A DNA stretch of 64,000 nt from Novakomyces olei. Lineage: Eukaryota. Positions 38,901-51,661 of the stretch are shown piece by piece. The notes under the pieces were generated by a model, which ran no database searches, was not told the DNA's origin, and saw nothing but the letters and a program-made list of their open reading frames with translations. Made by a program: the position numbers and the translations under genes. Each line of letters opens with the position of its first letter. Position 1 is the first letter of the stretch. The stretch is taken from assembly GCA_016906335.1 (NCBI GenBank), contig JADEYG010000007.1:1302001-1366000 (forward strand), read 5' to 3'.

Positions 38901-41900
38901 ATCTGGAAATATCGATTCTGCCAAAGACGCCATTGCTAGACAGGTTTAGGGTAACGGGGCATCTTCCTAAGCTCCATGCTTCTCTTTCAGACGTCAAATA
39001 CAAGGCCTTTATGAGGATTGTGGATGCAGCAGTGCCAAAATTCGATCAGGTTAATCAGATTGTCAGTGATGGTTCAGATATTAAAGAGCCAGACTCGCGT
39101 GCTGCGCAAAATAAGGCCGAAAAGTCTTCAACTAATCGCTCAAAGTCTCAGGCTTCCCTTAGCAATGCGGCGAGCACGCCTTTTGTATTTCAAAGGACCA
39201 AAGATGATGTTGTGGTGCCCAGTGTGCCAGTAAGTGAGGTCGGCAGTGATGCAGCCAGTGAAGATTCCCCGGATGAAGACGAGTCTCAGTTCGAAGAGGC
39301 CAGTGAAGGCGGGCTCAACGTTGTTCAACAATCCAAGTTTCATTTTATCTTTACTATTGGACAACTGCAGGGCTCGCTATTTAAAGCCGACCGTAAAACC
39401 GGCAAGGACAGCTTGCTTGTTGAGCTTTTCATGGACAAGTTTACGATTGATCTTGATTTCAAAGATTACTTGATGACTGCGAATGTGACTTTGCAGGACT
39501 TTAACATGGAAGATCATATCTGCAACGATGTAAATCCAGAGTTTCGCAATATGATCTCGTCGGGGCAGGGCTCCGATGGTACTAGCCCACTAGTTAGTGT
39601 GAGGTTTGCCAAAGTCGACGAAAAGTCTCCCGATTATATGACGAAATATGAGGGCATCGACACTAATCTCGACTGTGATCTCTCTGCTATTAATGCTGTT
39701 ATCACCAGCACCACAGTCCTGGCATTGCTGGATTTTGTAATGGTGACATTTAACCCCCCGACAGACGAACCTTCCATGAAAGCGGTGGAGGCAAGCCCAG
39801 AGACTCGAGCTGCAGAGGCTGTACAAGAGCCAACGAAGCAGCCTCAGAAGATGCGTATTAGGTTCGAATTGAGTGGGATAAACCTCATTCTAAACCATGA
39901 TGGAATACGGCTGGCAACACTTTCTCTGAGTCGTGGTCAAGCTGCTCTCTTTTTGATGGGTCCAAAGCTACGGATTGGAGCAAAACTGGGTCAGTTGGTA
40001 CTCACTGACGATTTGAACGTTGGAGTCGAAGAGACGTCAATATACAGGCAGTTGGTGAGTATTGAAGGCGATCAGCTGGCCGATTTTCGATTTGAAACGT
40101 TTGACAACGACGATGATTCGGTGGAAGAGCATAAGGACTGTGATGCTTCGGTATACCTTCATACTGGCGTCATGAAGATTAATGTGATTGAGGATCCCTG
40201 GCGCAAGATATTAGAATTTGTTTCAAAGCTGATAAAGCTCAAGGGACTGTACGATTCTGCTAGAAACGCAGCCGTCAGTCGTGCTGGAGAAATACAGAAC
40301 CGGGCGGGTAAAATCAAATTTGACCTGTTATTGCAAGCGCCCAGGTTCGTGTTTCCCCGGGTGATTGGGTTTGGACATGGCGAGAGTGACTTTATTGTGC
40401 TTAATCCCGGTGAGCTTTATGCGCAGAGCAGATTTAGGACTGAGACTGATGAACCTGATTCGCCCGTTGTTAACGAGATCAGTGCGGGTGTACGGTCGTT
40501 TTGTTTATCGTCACAAATCCATAATAACAACGAGCATTTCTGTGAGGCGATGGAGATTATACACAACGTCGATATCGGGTTTGATATCTCTTATTGCGCA
40601 GAGCCGCTGGACAAGGACCGTCCTCTTCTTAATGTAAGTTTGGGAAAATTTGAAAATAAATTAAAAATTAAAATTAAAATTAAAAATTAAAATTAAAATG
40701 TACAATCAAAATGAAATACTAACGCTTATAGATATTTGGATCATTGTCGGATATATCTGTCCGGCTGACTGACGCACAGTACGCGTTTGTTATAGACATT
40801 TTCCAGACAGTTCCAAGGATATTTGACGGGTTGAATAAAGCTGGGGATGATCTTGACGACGACTACTTGCAGCTGGCATCGTCTCTAAACGCGTCCAATG
40901 ATCATGTTGACGAGACGGAGACGTCCGGCGCAAATATGTACCCCGAAATTGAGACTCGTGAAAATGCCAAAGTGGAATTCCTGTTTACGCTGAATGAAGT
41001 TCAGCTAGAGCTCTTTGCATTGCCCAAGCACAGTTCTGCGGATATACAATTGTCGACTGTTTCCCTGTCCCAGTTTTGTTTGAAAAACACGTTTACAAAG
41101 GCCAAAATGTTGAACGACGGCTCGTTGGAAGCCGAGCTCCAAATCAAAGCCTTTACCATCCGAGACTCCCGGCAGAGTAAGGACACCGTTTTCCGCGAGA
41201 TTGTCCCAGAGATTCCTCATGACGGGTCTCAGTTTATGGCGAGCGTCTCAATGACGGGCGGCGCTAATGACAAGACGTTGCTTGCCATCATGTCGGTTGA
41301 TAGTCCAACCATAGTTTTCTCGTTAGAGCACGTGTTTGCTCTCAAAGACTTTTTATCTGCCCCCTTCACTGCTTTGCAAAAAGCGGCGGCGACCAAAGAG
41401 AGTATGATGACGCCCGATAATGCCATGGATCAGCAGGAAGAAGAGGTGGAGGCAGACGGGGTTTCTGGTACAGCGTCCGAGCTGGCTCCTAAAGCAGCCG
41501 CGAAGCCCTCGAATCTTACGCTGAGCTACCGTGTCAATATAGTAGATGCGTCAGTTTATCTTCTTGCCGATTCAAGAAATGCATCAACGAGTGCTGTTGT
41601 AATGACGGTGAAAGAGATAATGATCTCTCACCAACGAATCTTTGCAATGGCGATTAATTCTGTCGGCATATACTTTTGCCGGATGGACGATAGGGGAACA
41701 AAGCTGCGTCTGCTGGACGATTTTAATATTCTGTGTACGATAGAGAGTCGAAATACAAACGAGGCCAATTTCTTGACCAGTTTCCAAGTCGATATCGATC
41801 CGCTCGTGCTGCGCCTGTCCCTGCGTGATATTCTGCTGGCGTCAAAGATTATTGATCGAGCCATTGAGCTGTCAAATGTCCCTACTGCCGACGAAGCTGG

Positions 41901-44900
41901 TGGCAGCAGTGGCAGTCAGCCAGATAAGAAGCAGGTGAGAAAAGGGCAAAACAACGGGTCGACACTGGCGACACGGCTGCGGTCGACGAGTATAGGCAGG
42001 TCAGCTCGGCGTCGAGCCAGCACTGTCCTTAGTCGGCCGCAGTCGCTGGCGGCAAATAGTAGGGACAAGATTGTCGTTGACAATGCCACGTCAGTGGTAA
42101 TGAGGCGGGAAATAGTGAACGTAGATTTCAAAGGCTTCCGTCTGGTGCTTATTGGCGATTTGCAAGAACTGCCGTTGCTTGATTTCAATGTAGACCCCTT
42201 CTCTGTTGGTGTACGGGACTGGTCGTCGGACATGCACGTAAACGCAGACGTGGGCCTTTACGTCAATGTGTACAACTTTGTAAACTCTCACTGGGAACCG
42301 TTGATTGAGCCGTGGCAGTTTGGTCTTCATGTGCACAAGTCTGTCAACCTAGGCAAAGTTTCCGCACGTCTATTCTCCCGGAAAAGGGCAGAGATAACGG
42401 TCACTTCGAACGTGTTTGAAACGTTTACAAAGCTGCATAGGGTCATCAACAGCTCGTCAGACTATATTCTGGAAAAGCCGAGGGGCTCAATCCCACACTA
42501 TCGGATCCGCAACCAGACGGGGTACGAGATATCCGTGTGGACGGACAACGAGACCGCTGAGGACGAGGAGGCTCAGGTCATTGCGGACGGAGAGCAGATC
42601 AACTGGAGCTTTGAAGACTGGGTCAAAATGCGAGAGAATCTCAAGACAGACACGACCCGTAACCGACTGGGGATCAAGCTGCTGGGCACAGACTACACCA
42701 GTGTCACGGGTGTCAGTGTCGACAGGGATCAGCAGAGTTTGTACATCCTTCAGCCTAAAAAGACGGTGCTGCACCGTCTCGCAGTCACCGTCAAACTCGG
42801 CAAGGACTATGTGAAAAACGTGACTATCCGCTCCGCCTTGGCTGTCCAAAACTCGTTGCAAATTGCCATAGAGGCAGTGCTGTGTGACGACGAAGGCAGA
42901 CCCAAATCCAAAGTGTACAAGATTGCACCAAATGACTCGTGTTCTTTTCCCATTGAACTCGCTTACACTTATGCGATACGCGTCCGGCCGGACCCAGAGT
43001 TTGGGTACACGTGGTCCTACCAATCCTCGTTCTGGCGCGACTATTTAACCACACAATCCAGAGCAGTCACGTGCCGCCCATTGCAGGCAGAGTCTACTGC
43101 CTTTAACATTAGGGTTTTCGCCAACTATGACCGTAGCAATCCGCTGCCCCGGGTTTACCCTTACATGACGCTGACGGTTTACCCGCCCATGGAGATCCAA
43201 AACCTGCTGCCTTACGATATCGATTTCCGGATCTTTGAAAAGGGCACAAAGCAGGACTGGAACAGTTCGTTGGCACAGGGCAAGCGGGCTCCAGTGCACG
43301 TGGTTGACCTGGCCAATGTCATTTTGCTCGGAGTAACGCTCAAGGGAACACAGTTCCGGCCGAGTTCTTTTGCCATTGTAAGCACAAATAGCCCAGAGGA
43401 CTATAGACGCGAAACGGTGCTGAACCTGACGGACGAGAGTGGCACAAAACTGACGCTGAACCTGCACTATACCGACCTGTCTCCCGGCGGAGCGGCTTTC
43501 CGTGTAAGCGTGTACTGCCAGCATGTAATCCTGAACAAAACGAGCCACGATATTCAGACGCGATCTAAATCCTTTTTGCAGCAGTCCAAGCTGACAGCGG
43601 GACAGTCAAATTTGTCAAAGGACGCTCCGTACATGTTTGCCTATGATACGGAGGACCGGCGTAATCGTGCTCTTGTAAAAATTGACAATTCGCAGTGGAG
43701 CAAGCCGCAGTCCTTTGAGGCCATTGGCAGCTCTTACGAGGTAGTTGTGCCCTCTGCGGACAAGAAAACGGAGTATTACATCGGCGTCAGTATTGAAGAG
43801 GGCGAGGGCAAGTACAAGCTCACTCGTGTCGTGACAATTGCTCCCAGATTTGTAGTGAAAAACAATTTGGACGAGTCTTTGGACGTACGGCAGCCTGGCA
43901 CTTCTCAGGTCCTGCATTTGGAGCCCAATGGCATCGGCGGCCTCGATGTCTTGCGCTCTGATTCGCCAAGGCAGATTTGTATCTGCTACCCTGGCGTCAA
44001 CAACGAATGGTCGGCTCCCTTCAATATTGAGGACCTCGGCCGAGTCCACGTCAAGCTGCAGCGACCCGGTGAGAGGCAGTGCCTTATCAGGGCCGATATT
44101 TTGGGCGAAAAGGCTACACTATTTATCCATCTAACAGTGGAAAAGAAATCATGGCCTTTCTCCGTGCGAAACGAGAGCGATGAAACGTTTTTGTTTTGGC
44201 AGTCGAACCCGTTTGCTGCTGAAGATGATGATAGGGCAATTAAAGCGGCAGCAGGAGGTGGATCTGGACCAGGGTTAGGGTCAGGATCTGGATCTGGATC
44301 AGGGTTAGGGTCAGGATCTGGGTCAGGTTACCATGCGAAAAGGTACAGGCTGCCGCCCAAGAGTATTATGCCTTATGCCTGGGACTATCCGGCGGCGGGC
44401 AACAAGGAGCTGGTTATTTCGTGCTGCAACAAGGAGCGGCTAATACGGCCAAACGAGATTGGCGTGCTTCCCCCGCTGCGTGTTACGACGGGCTCAGGGC
44501 AGAGCAAAACGTTTAGTCTCGATGTAGTCGGGGACGGCCCTTGCCAGCGAGTCGTGCTTCGAAACTATCGTAAATCTGACAGTATCTACCAGCTGGCCAA
44601 TAAAAGCAGCCGCAATGCTAACGGAGAAGTCGTTTCCACTGACAAGTTTGAGGTTATAGACTACCGTGACGATGTGAAGCTGGAGGCAGAGGTCGATTTT
44701 GAAGGGTTGGGTGTGTCCCTCGTGAACAAGCGCCAGCAAGAGTTGGCGTATTTGACGCTGAGAGGCTTTGATGTTAAATTCAAGGACTCGGACGTCTCGC
44801 AGAGCCTTTCGCTCGTGGTCAAGTGGATCCAGATCGATAACCAGCTGTACGGAGGCATTTACCCCATCGTGCTCTACCCGAGCGTAGTGCCCAAGGACGG

Positions 44901-46509
44901 CAGAGAGATGGATATCCACCCGATCCTGAGCGGCTCAGTGGCCCGACTCAAGGACGATGCTCACGGAGTCGTTTACATCAAGTATGCCTCTGTGCTGCTG
45001 CAGGAATTGACACTGGAAATCGATGAAGATTTCTTGTTTGCCCTGCTTGATTTCTCCAAGGTTTCGGATACCGCGTGGGCGGACGAGAACAACGAGGGAA
45101 AGCTCTGGCAGCCCAACGATGCCGCCTTACCACAGCCAAGTGCCGTTAATTCCGGGGAAGATTTGTACTTTGAAGTGCTGCATTTGCAGCCAATGCAGCT
45201 AAATATTTCCTTTGTACGGACAGAGCGGGTCAATGTGGAGGACAAGACGTCTTCCAAGAATTTCTTGATGTTTTTCCTGAATATTTTGACGATGGCAATC
45301 GGCAATATCAATGACGCACCCGTCAGACTGAACGCTCTGCTCGTGGAAAATATGAGGGTCACGCTTCCGCTCCTGCTGCAGCACATTCAGGGCCACTATG
45401 GCCAAGAGTTTATCTACCAGATCCATAAAATATTGGGCTCTGCAGATTTCTTGGGCAATCCGGTAGGCCTCTTCAACAATCTCAGCTCCGGCGTCGCCGA
45501 TATCTTTTACGAACCCTACCACGGTTTTATTCTGACAGATAGACCTCAAGAGTTAGGGTTAGGGTTTGCAAGAGGTACAGCGAGTTTTGTGAAAAAGACA
45601 GTGTTTGGATTTTCGGATAGCTTTTACAAGGTCACTGGTAGCATTTCCAAGGGGCTCAGTGTTGCTACTATGGACAAAAACTTTCAAGATCGACGGCGCA
45701 TGTCCCGTGCACGCAATCGGCCTCGCCATGCGTTTGTTGGAGTCACGACCGGAGCCGATTCCTTTATGACCAGCGTTGCTTCTGGCTTTGAAGGCCTCGC
45801 CCGGCAGCCCATGGAGGGACTGCAGCGAGGAGGCGCAGCTGGCTTCTTCAAGGGATTTGGCAAGGGCGTTTTGGGGTTTGCCACAAAGCCGATGATTGGT
45901 GTTTTTGATTTGGCCAGCAATGTTTCTGAAGGCATTCGAAATACTACTACCGTGTTTGATGCTGACGGGATCGATAAAGTGCGCCTTACCCGGTTCATTG
46001 GCCGCGATGGCGTTGTTCGCCCTTATTCGCAACGAGAAGGTAAGAAGAGCCGTTTAATTTGCAATAATTACAAAGGAAAAAGCAATATTGTTTTATTGTT
46101 TTATCATTTAACTCTATAATTTAATGTCTTGATTTGTTTATTCTTTCTTTGCAACTCTTGCTGATCTCATCTAGCTTTGGGTCAATTCTGGTTGAAACAG
46201 CTCGATAATGGCAAATACTTCAACGAAGAGTATTTAGCTCATTTATCTGTGATGGATGATTGTGTTGTAATGCTGACATACGAGCATCTTTTGCTTGTAA
46301 AGGCCAAAAATCTGGAGACAGAATGGCAAGTTTCTTTTGAGGACGTGCAAACTATATCTATGGAAAAAACGGGGATCGCAGTAATATTGAGAGGCGGATT
46401 AAGGGGTCCATTTGTGCCTATTGAGCACGCATCTGCACGCAAATTTTTATACACAAAACTGGGAATAGCAGTGAGTGAGTATAATAAGCGCAACAGGCCA
46501 TTGATCTGA
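35954..46509 (+). CDS. VPS13: Bridge-like lipid transfer protein Vps13, multi-exon
   Basis: Chorein_N [68 protein letters not shown]_C and PH-like C-terminus. Confidence 0.98.
44260..44319 (+). repeat. 30-nt tandem duplication encoding a Gly/Ser linker in VPS13
   Basis: GGATCTGGAYCAGGGTTAGGGTCAGGATCT x2 (29/30 identical). Confidence 0.9.
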
Positions 46510-46668
46510 TAGCTCTATGATGCATAATAATTGACTGATTTTAATGCATGGCGCAGGTGTTGCAACACGTTGTAAAATGTTTCAATAAAGTCTTGTTTGT
46601 GTCTGCATTCGGGCAGATGATTAATCTGTTAAATATGTAATATTATAAGTATATTATAATTATATCGT

Positions 46669-46669
<1 letters not shown>

Positions 46670-46711
<42 letters not shown>

Positions 46712-46887
46712 ATCCTCTTCAATTGCGCGTCGTGCTAAGTAGTATACATTATTATTATTATTATCATTATTATTATTATTATCATTATTATTATTATTAT
46801 CATTATTATTATTATTATCATTATTATTATTATTATCATTATTATTATTATTATCATTATTATTATTATTATCATTATTATTATTAT

Positions 46888-46941
<54 letters not shown>
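46670..46941. repeat. Poly-T (~37 nt) followed by (ATT)n with an 18-nt higher-order unit CAT(TAT)5
   Basis: Read directly. Confidence 0.97.
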
Positions 46942-46944
<3 letters not shown>

Positions 46945-46986
46945 CCATACATCCATCGAGTCTCATGTACGGCTGTCGGCCGCTCA

Positions 46987-49287
46987 ATGGCGGACAAGCT
47001 TAGCAAACCATGGCTGGCTGAGCAAATAGCTTCAACATTACGGAAAATTAACCAAGTTGAATCACGCTTGACAAAGTGCAAGATCTGCCAAGTTTCTGGG
47101 GTATACTGCTGAAAGGATCGCTTATAGAATGCAATACAATTAACGCGAATTTAAAGTATTTATCGTACAATGCCCCAACTACGATCGTTCTTTCCGACGC
47201 ATATTTCCAGGTGGCTACTCGGCTGAGCCCCGAATGCGTTACAGAATTTCAAAAGTATGTGGCGCTGAAAGAGATTAATCCTGACTGGCAATAGGCGGTA
47301 CAACAGATCTGTCACTAGTATAAAGGCAGCATTAGTCGTACCTATTGGCGCTAGTGTTCGCCTTGTTGGCAGACCAAAAAACACACTCGGAGTCGAATTA
47401 CACGTTGATAGTCTGAAACTGATCGGTGCGGAACACGAGGCTTTGTTTGGCGATCCACATGATGTTCAAACAAGCACAGAGGTGGCCAGAATGCTGCAAA
47501 GCCCAGCTCTGAAGGAGTAAGTTTTGTATAGGCACAATAAAAATATTACGTGCACCATCGTCTAGCCTGCTTGTGATTTGCCACGTTTGTTCTTCAAACT
47601 TTGTTACCAGGTCTTACTCGCTAAGGTCTTACTTGCTAACTGTTGCGATCGTTTTTATTCTATCTTATTGTGTTTGGTTTGCTTTTAGTCTTTGGCTTCC
47701 TTTTGCTTATTGGCTATCGGGTCTTCTAATTAAGTATAGAATCTATCAGGCCTCTCAGTCAAACGCAATACAATTTGGACAACTGCATGCAAGCTCCGGG
47801 CAGTCAAATTCAACAGACCCGCAGAGTGGACGGGCGGTAAGTATTGGTCTTTTAAAGTTCAATGCACAAAAATAAACGAAAATAAAATAAAGAAATAAAA
47901 TAAAATAAAACAAAATAAAGTAAATAAATAAATAAAGAATGAAAAAGAAAACATCAACCAAGGGAGATGAAATATTAAATTTAAGCTGTGAGCAATCGAT
48001 AAGAATAAATGCTAATAGACACAGCAAAACGGCCCAGGCTTCGTGACTCAGTCACCTTTGCAAACACAGCAGTCTTCTGCTCATCCGCCGCAAAGGCCTC
48101 CCTCTCAAGGACACCAGCATAAAAGGCCTCTTCATCCTGGATGGCGTTCCTTTGATCACGCAACTACTCGCGATGTCCGTATCCCGCGCCAGCAGCAGCG
48201 TATGCTAGCAGAAACAAATTGTTGGGCAGTAGTGGGAGGCTTGGAAAATGAGGCAAATGAGGCAAATGAGCCTGCGCTAGAGCTACGTACGAGTGAAACG
48301 AAAAAGGCAGCTGCTGCTACTCCAAACGTCATCGCGCAACCGGCGATTGAGGATATTTGTGCTCCAGCAGTTTCGCCCATACAAGCACCTCGTATCGAAA
48401 CTGACAATGATGATGTTCCAATGCTGGATGTAGGACAAGCTGAGAATACGGAAAGGCTGGACGAGCATGCAAAAGAGCAAAGTGATTGGGTGAAAATGGG
48501 CGAAAATGATAAGAATAAAGGCGGCGACGAGAAGAGCAATGATCAAAATAACCAGCCTAGTGCTATTTATGGGCAGAGAAATAGCGACAGTGTTGAGAAT
48601 AAACAAGATTCTGATGATGCTGAGGGGAAATCTGGTGAGAACACGAGCAAAATTGATTCCAAAGCTGATCAGGCGGAGGAAAGTGCGGAAACAGACTCGC
48701 AATTGTCGTGGGAGGCCTCACCTGAACCGGAAAAAAGGCAGGAGCCGGTCAGTAAAAAGCCTTCAGGCTTACAGAAACCAGATGCGTCGACTGAGCCCAG
48801 CGAGCCGGGCGAGATTAGCAATATTTTGAATGAAATACCGCCAGAATCTCCCGGCGCAGATGATATGGGCTCTGATGCCAGCAAAGTGGCTGAGCGGCCA
48901 GCTGATTCTAGTACGACAGATAGTGGCAACAGTGAGGAGAAGGCTAATCAAGATTCAGCCGAGTTTAAGATTATGCCGATCGACAACAAATGGCAGCAAT
49001 CCTCACCTTCTGAAACAAAGTCTGATACCCCACAATCGCGGCACGAAACGGAGTCCGCAGCAGCTAATGAAAAAGTCTTGTCTGAGCTTTTGCCGATATT
49101 CAGTCGCGCAAAGCGTCGGCTGCCTAAAATATCTTTTGATTCTTATGCTAGTGCTTGCTCAGTGAAGAGTATACGCAGCTTTTACATGCATTTAAAAGAC
49201 GAGTGCATAAGGCAACATCAAGCGAATTCTACCACTCCTGCCAGTTTAGGTCCGAACGTGAAAAGGCAGAGACGGACGAGATTTTGA
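46987..49287 (+). CDS. TPP1/Est3/Tpz1-like telomere OB-fold protein, multi-exon
   Basis: N-terminal KPWLAEQI; IVLSDAYFQVATRLSPECVTEFQK; LHVDSLKLIGAEHEALFGDP resemble the TPP1/Est3 OB fold; long disordered linker and short helical C-terminus. Confidence 0.7.
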
Positions 49288-49786
49288 ATTTAAACAGTAT
49301 TAATAAACGGAAATTAATAGAATTTTAATAAAATAGAGGGTAAAAAATGAAATACAACAAATCGAAATAACCTTAATAAAAAAATTAATTTTAATAAAAT
49401 GAAATATAATAAAGTGATAATATAAAGATTCATAATACTAGCAAAATCAAGATTGCTTGTTATCTTACTTTCACATTGGATCCATTAGATATTATAGAGA
49501 TATTGTTATATTGTATTTGTGAAATTTGGTAGGATTAAATGGTTAAATGGGGTCTGTCGTCTTATTTTTGGGAAATAATTTGGCCTTTTGGGCACATATT
49601 AAAACTGCGCAGTAGTGTAAATAATAATCTTTACGCGAAGTCTGAGTTTACTTGTTGACGCGGTACGTGTCAAAGACGGACGGGCACCGTCCATATTTTG
49701 CTTTTTAGTCTGTCCAATTAATAAGGGCGAATTTGTACGGTCGACGAGATTGGGCGGCACTACCGATTCATGTATTGGCTGCTTTA

Positions 49787-51158
49787 ATGGCGGGGCCAGA
49801 GCAGTCGGTCGTCACATTGCCTCTAGCTGCGTTATTAAACAGTGGCAACAATGACAAAATCTATCAAAATTTATCAGGGCGAAAACGAGCACGCCAAGAG
49901 GTCGAAACCAACACGTTTGATGATAGTCTTTATCGGCAACTTTTAGTGTCGTCTGTACTCGTGGATTCGCAGGATTTTGGAACACTGAAATTGGAAGAGT
50001 TTGATCAGTACAAAAGGGTAAGCTCCAAAGGACGTGACCTGACTAGAAATAATAAAGCAGAAACTGTGACTGTGACTGTGACAGAAATAACAAGACAAAT
50101 AAACAACATTCTGCGGACAATATTGTGGGAATCCCATGGCCTAACAGTCCAGGATTTGGCGTTTTGTGAAGCAAAATTACAGGCGACATATCGGCAATTG
50201 GCTCTAGGAACACAGATAAAGCGTGCTCAGGACGCAGTACTTCGGTTAGGTAATGTCGCTGTGGATGAGAACCGGCTTGATGCTTTAGCTCTACAGGCGT
50301 GGGAGCTTACATGGCGTCGAAATAAGCTTAAAAACGCGATATACGAGCATAGTCTCGCCGTGCTTGGTAGCGTGGTGGATGCTGGTACAAGAGTGGGAAG
50401 GAGTAAGGATAATACGTACAAAATTTGTGGCATTACTCTAGACAATGAATGGAATGAGCAGTGTTCAAACGAGGACACCCAGGCTGCGATTGGTGGTGAA
50501 CGGGAGCTGGTAGGATCGAAAATAGAGAAAAACGAGCAAAAAGAAATGGAATATTTGGCGAAAATTGAGCATTTAACTCGGGAAAACGAGCGATTAGAGG
50601 CAGTGTTGGAGGACGAACGGCTTTTATCGCAAAAGAGTCTACAAGAATTGAAGGATTCACATTCTGCACAGGTCACAAGGCAAGTTAATTCCCTCGAGAG
50701 CACCAAGGATACGCTTGCGGAGACACAAGGTCGCACTACTGCGTTGGAACGCGAACTGCGGTCACTGACAGATGATATTCAGCAGCTGCAGGAGGAATTG
50801 AGGAAACGAGAGCGGAGTCTGCACGAAAAGGATGCGGCTATAAGGTCTCTAGAGCTACGCGTCAATAGTCAAAGGCTGCCCAATAATTTTGCAGAGTCAG
50901 TGACGTCTTCTGACAAGGAGCTGGAGGCAGTTGCAAAGCTGCGACGTGAATTTCGTGCCATAAGTAAGTGTGGTTTTTCAAATATTTATGTCATCCATTT
51001 CTCCCCCCTAAAAATGAATACTGCGTCTTTTACTCATCTCTGTTTGCATTCCTTTTTCACAGATCTTTTGTCAATATTTTAACTTTTTAGTGAAACAAAC
51101 CAATCACGATCATGAAGCGGAGTTGGAAAAATTACGGCAGCAAGTGGCAAGTCTCTAA
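49787..51158 (+). CDS. Uds1 (up-regulated during septation) domain coiled-coil protein, 3 exons
   Basis: LVDSQDFGTLKLEEFDQYK; KLQATYRQLAL; KNAIYEHSLAVL, followed by a long coiled coil. Confidence 0.72.
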
Positions 51159-51661
51159 CCGTCTAAATGTACACCTGTTTGGCAGTTGTATTCTGTATGC
51201 TTTGAATTTTTTCGGTCTAGCAATATTTGCTCTCATAGTTTTGCATTAATTATATTTCTCTGCATTTCGAATTCAAGAAAGTCGAGGTTTGGCGTATTTT
51301 TCATGTAGTCGGTAGCACTTAGTATGGTTAAAAAGAGTGTGGTCAAATGTTATTTTATAATATTTTATAATATTTTATAATATTATGTATACTCTACTTT
51401 ACTTGTTAATTCAATTTTCGCATAATTAGAATCTTAATACTATACTTTTATACACGTTTACTGCATCGATATTCTTATTATATTTCCCCTGACTATATTC
51501 TGGTTTAACGCGCTATTCGAATACCTAATCTCGCTTGAAGGCAGCAATAAACCCCTAATAGAAGGTTGTGCAGCCGTGCGAATTAGATGAGGATCGCGAG
51601 TGAGTAAAATAGCGCGATTGTGTAAAAGGCGCGCGAGCGGCACTTAGCGCGCACACATACA

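Noticed and set aside
36854-46119. Many antisense and alternate-frame ORFs over VPS13 and other genes
   Set aside because: Shadow ORFs of long coding exons with no recognisable motifs
46748-46890. CRISPR-like regular periodicity
   Set aside because: Pure tandem 18-mer without unique spacers; eukaryotic context
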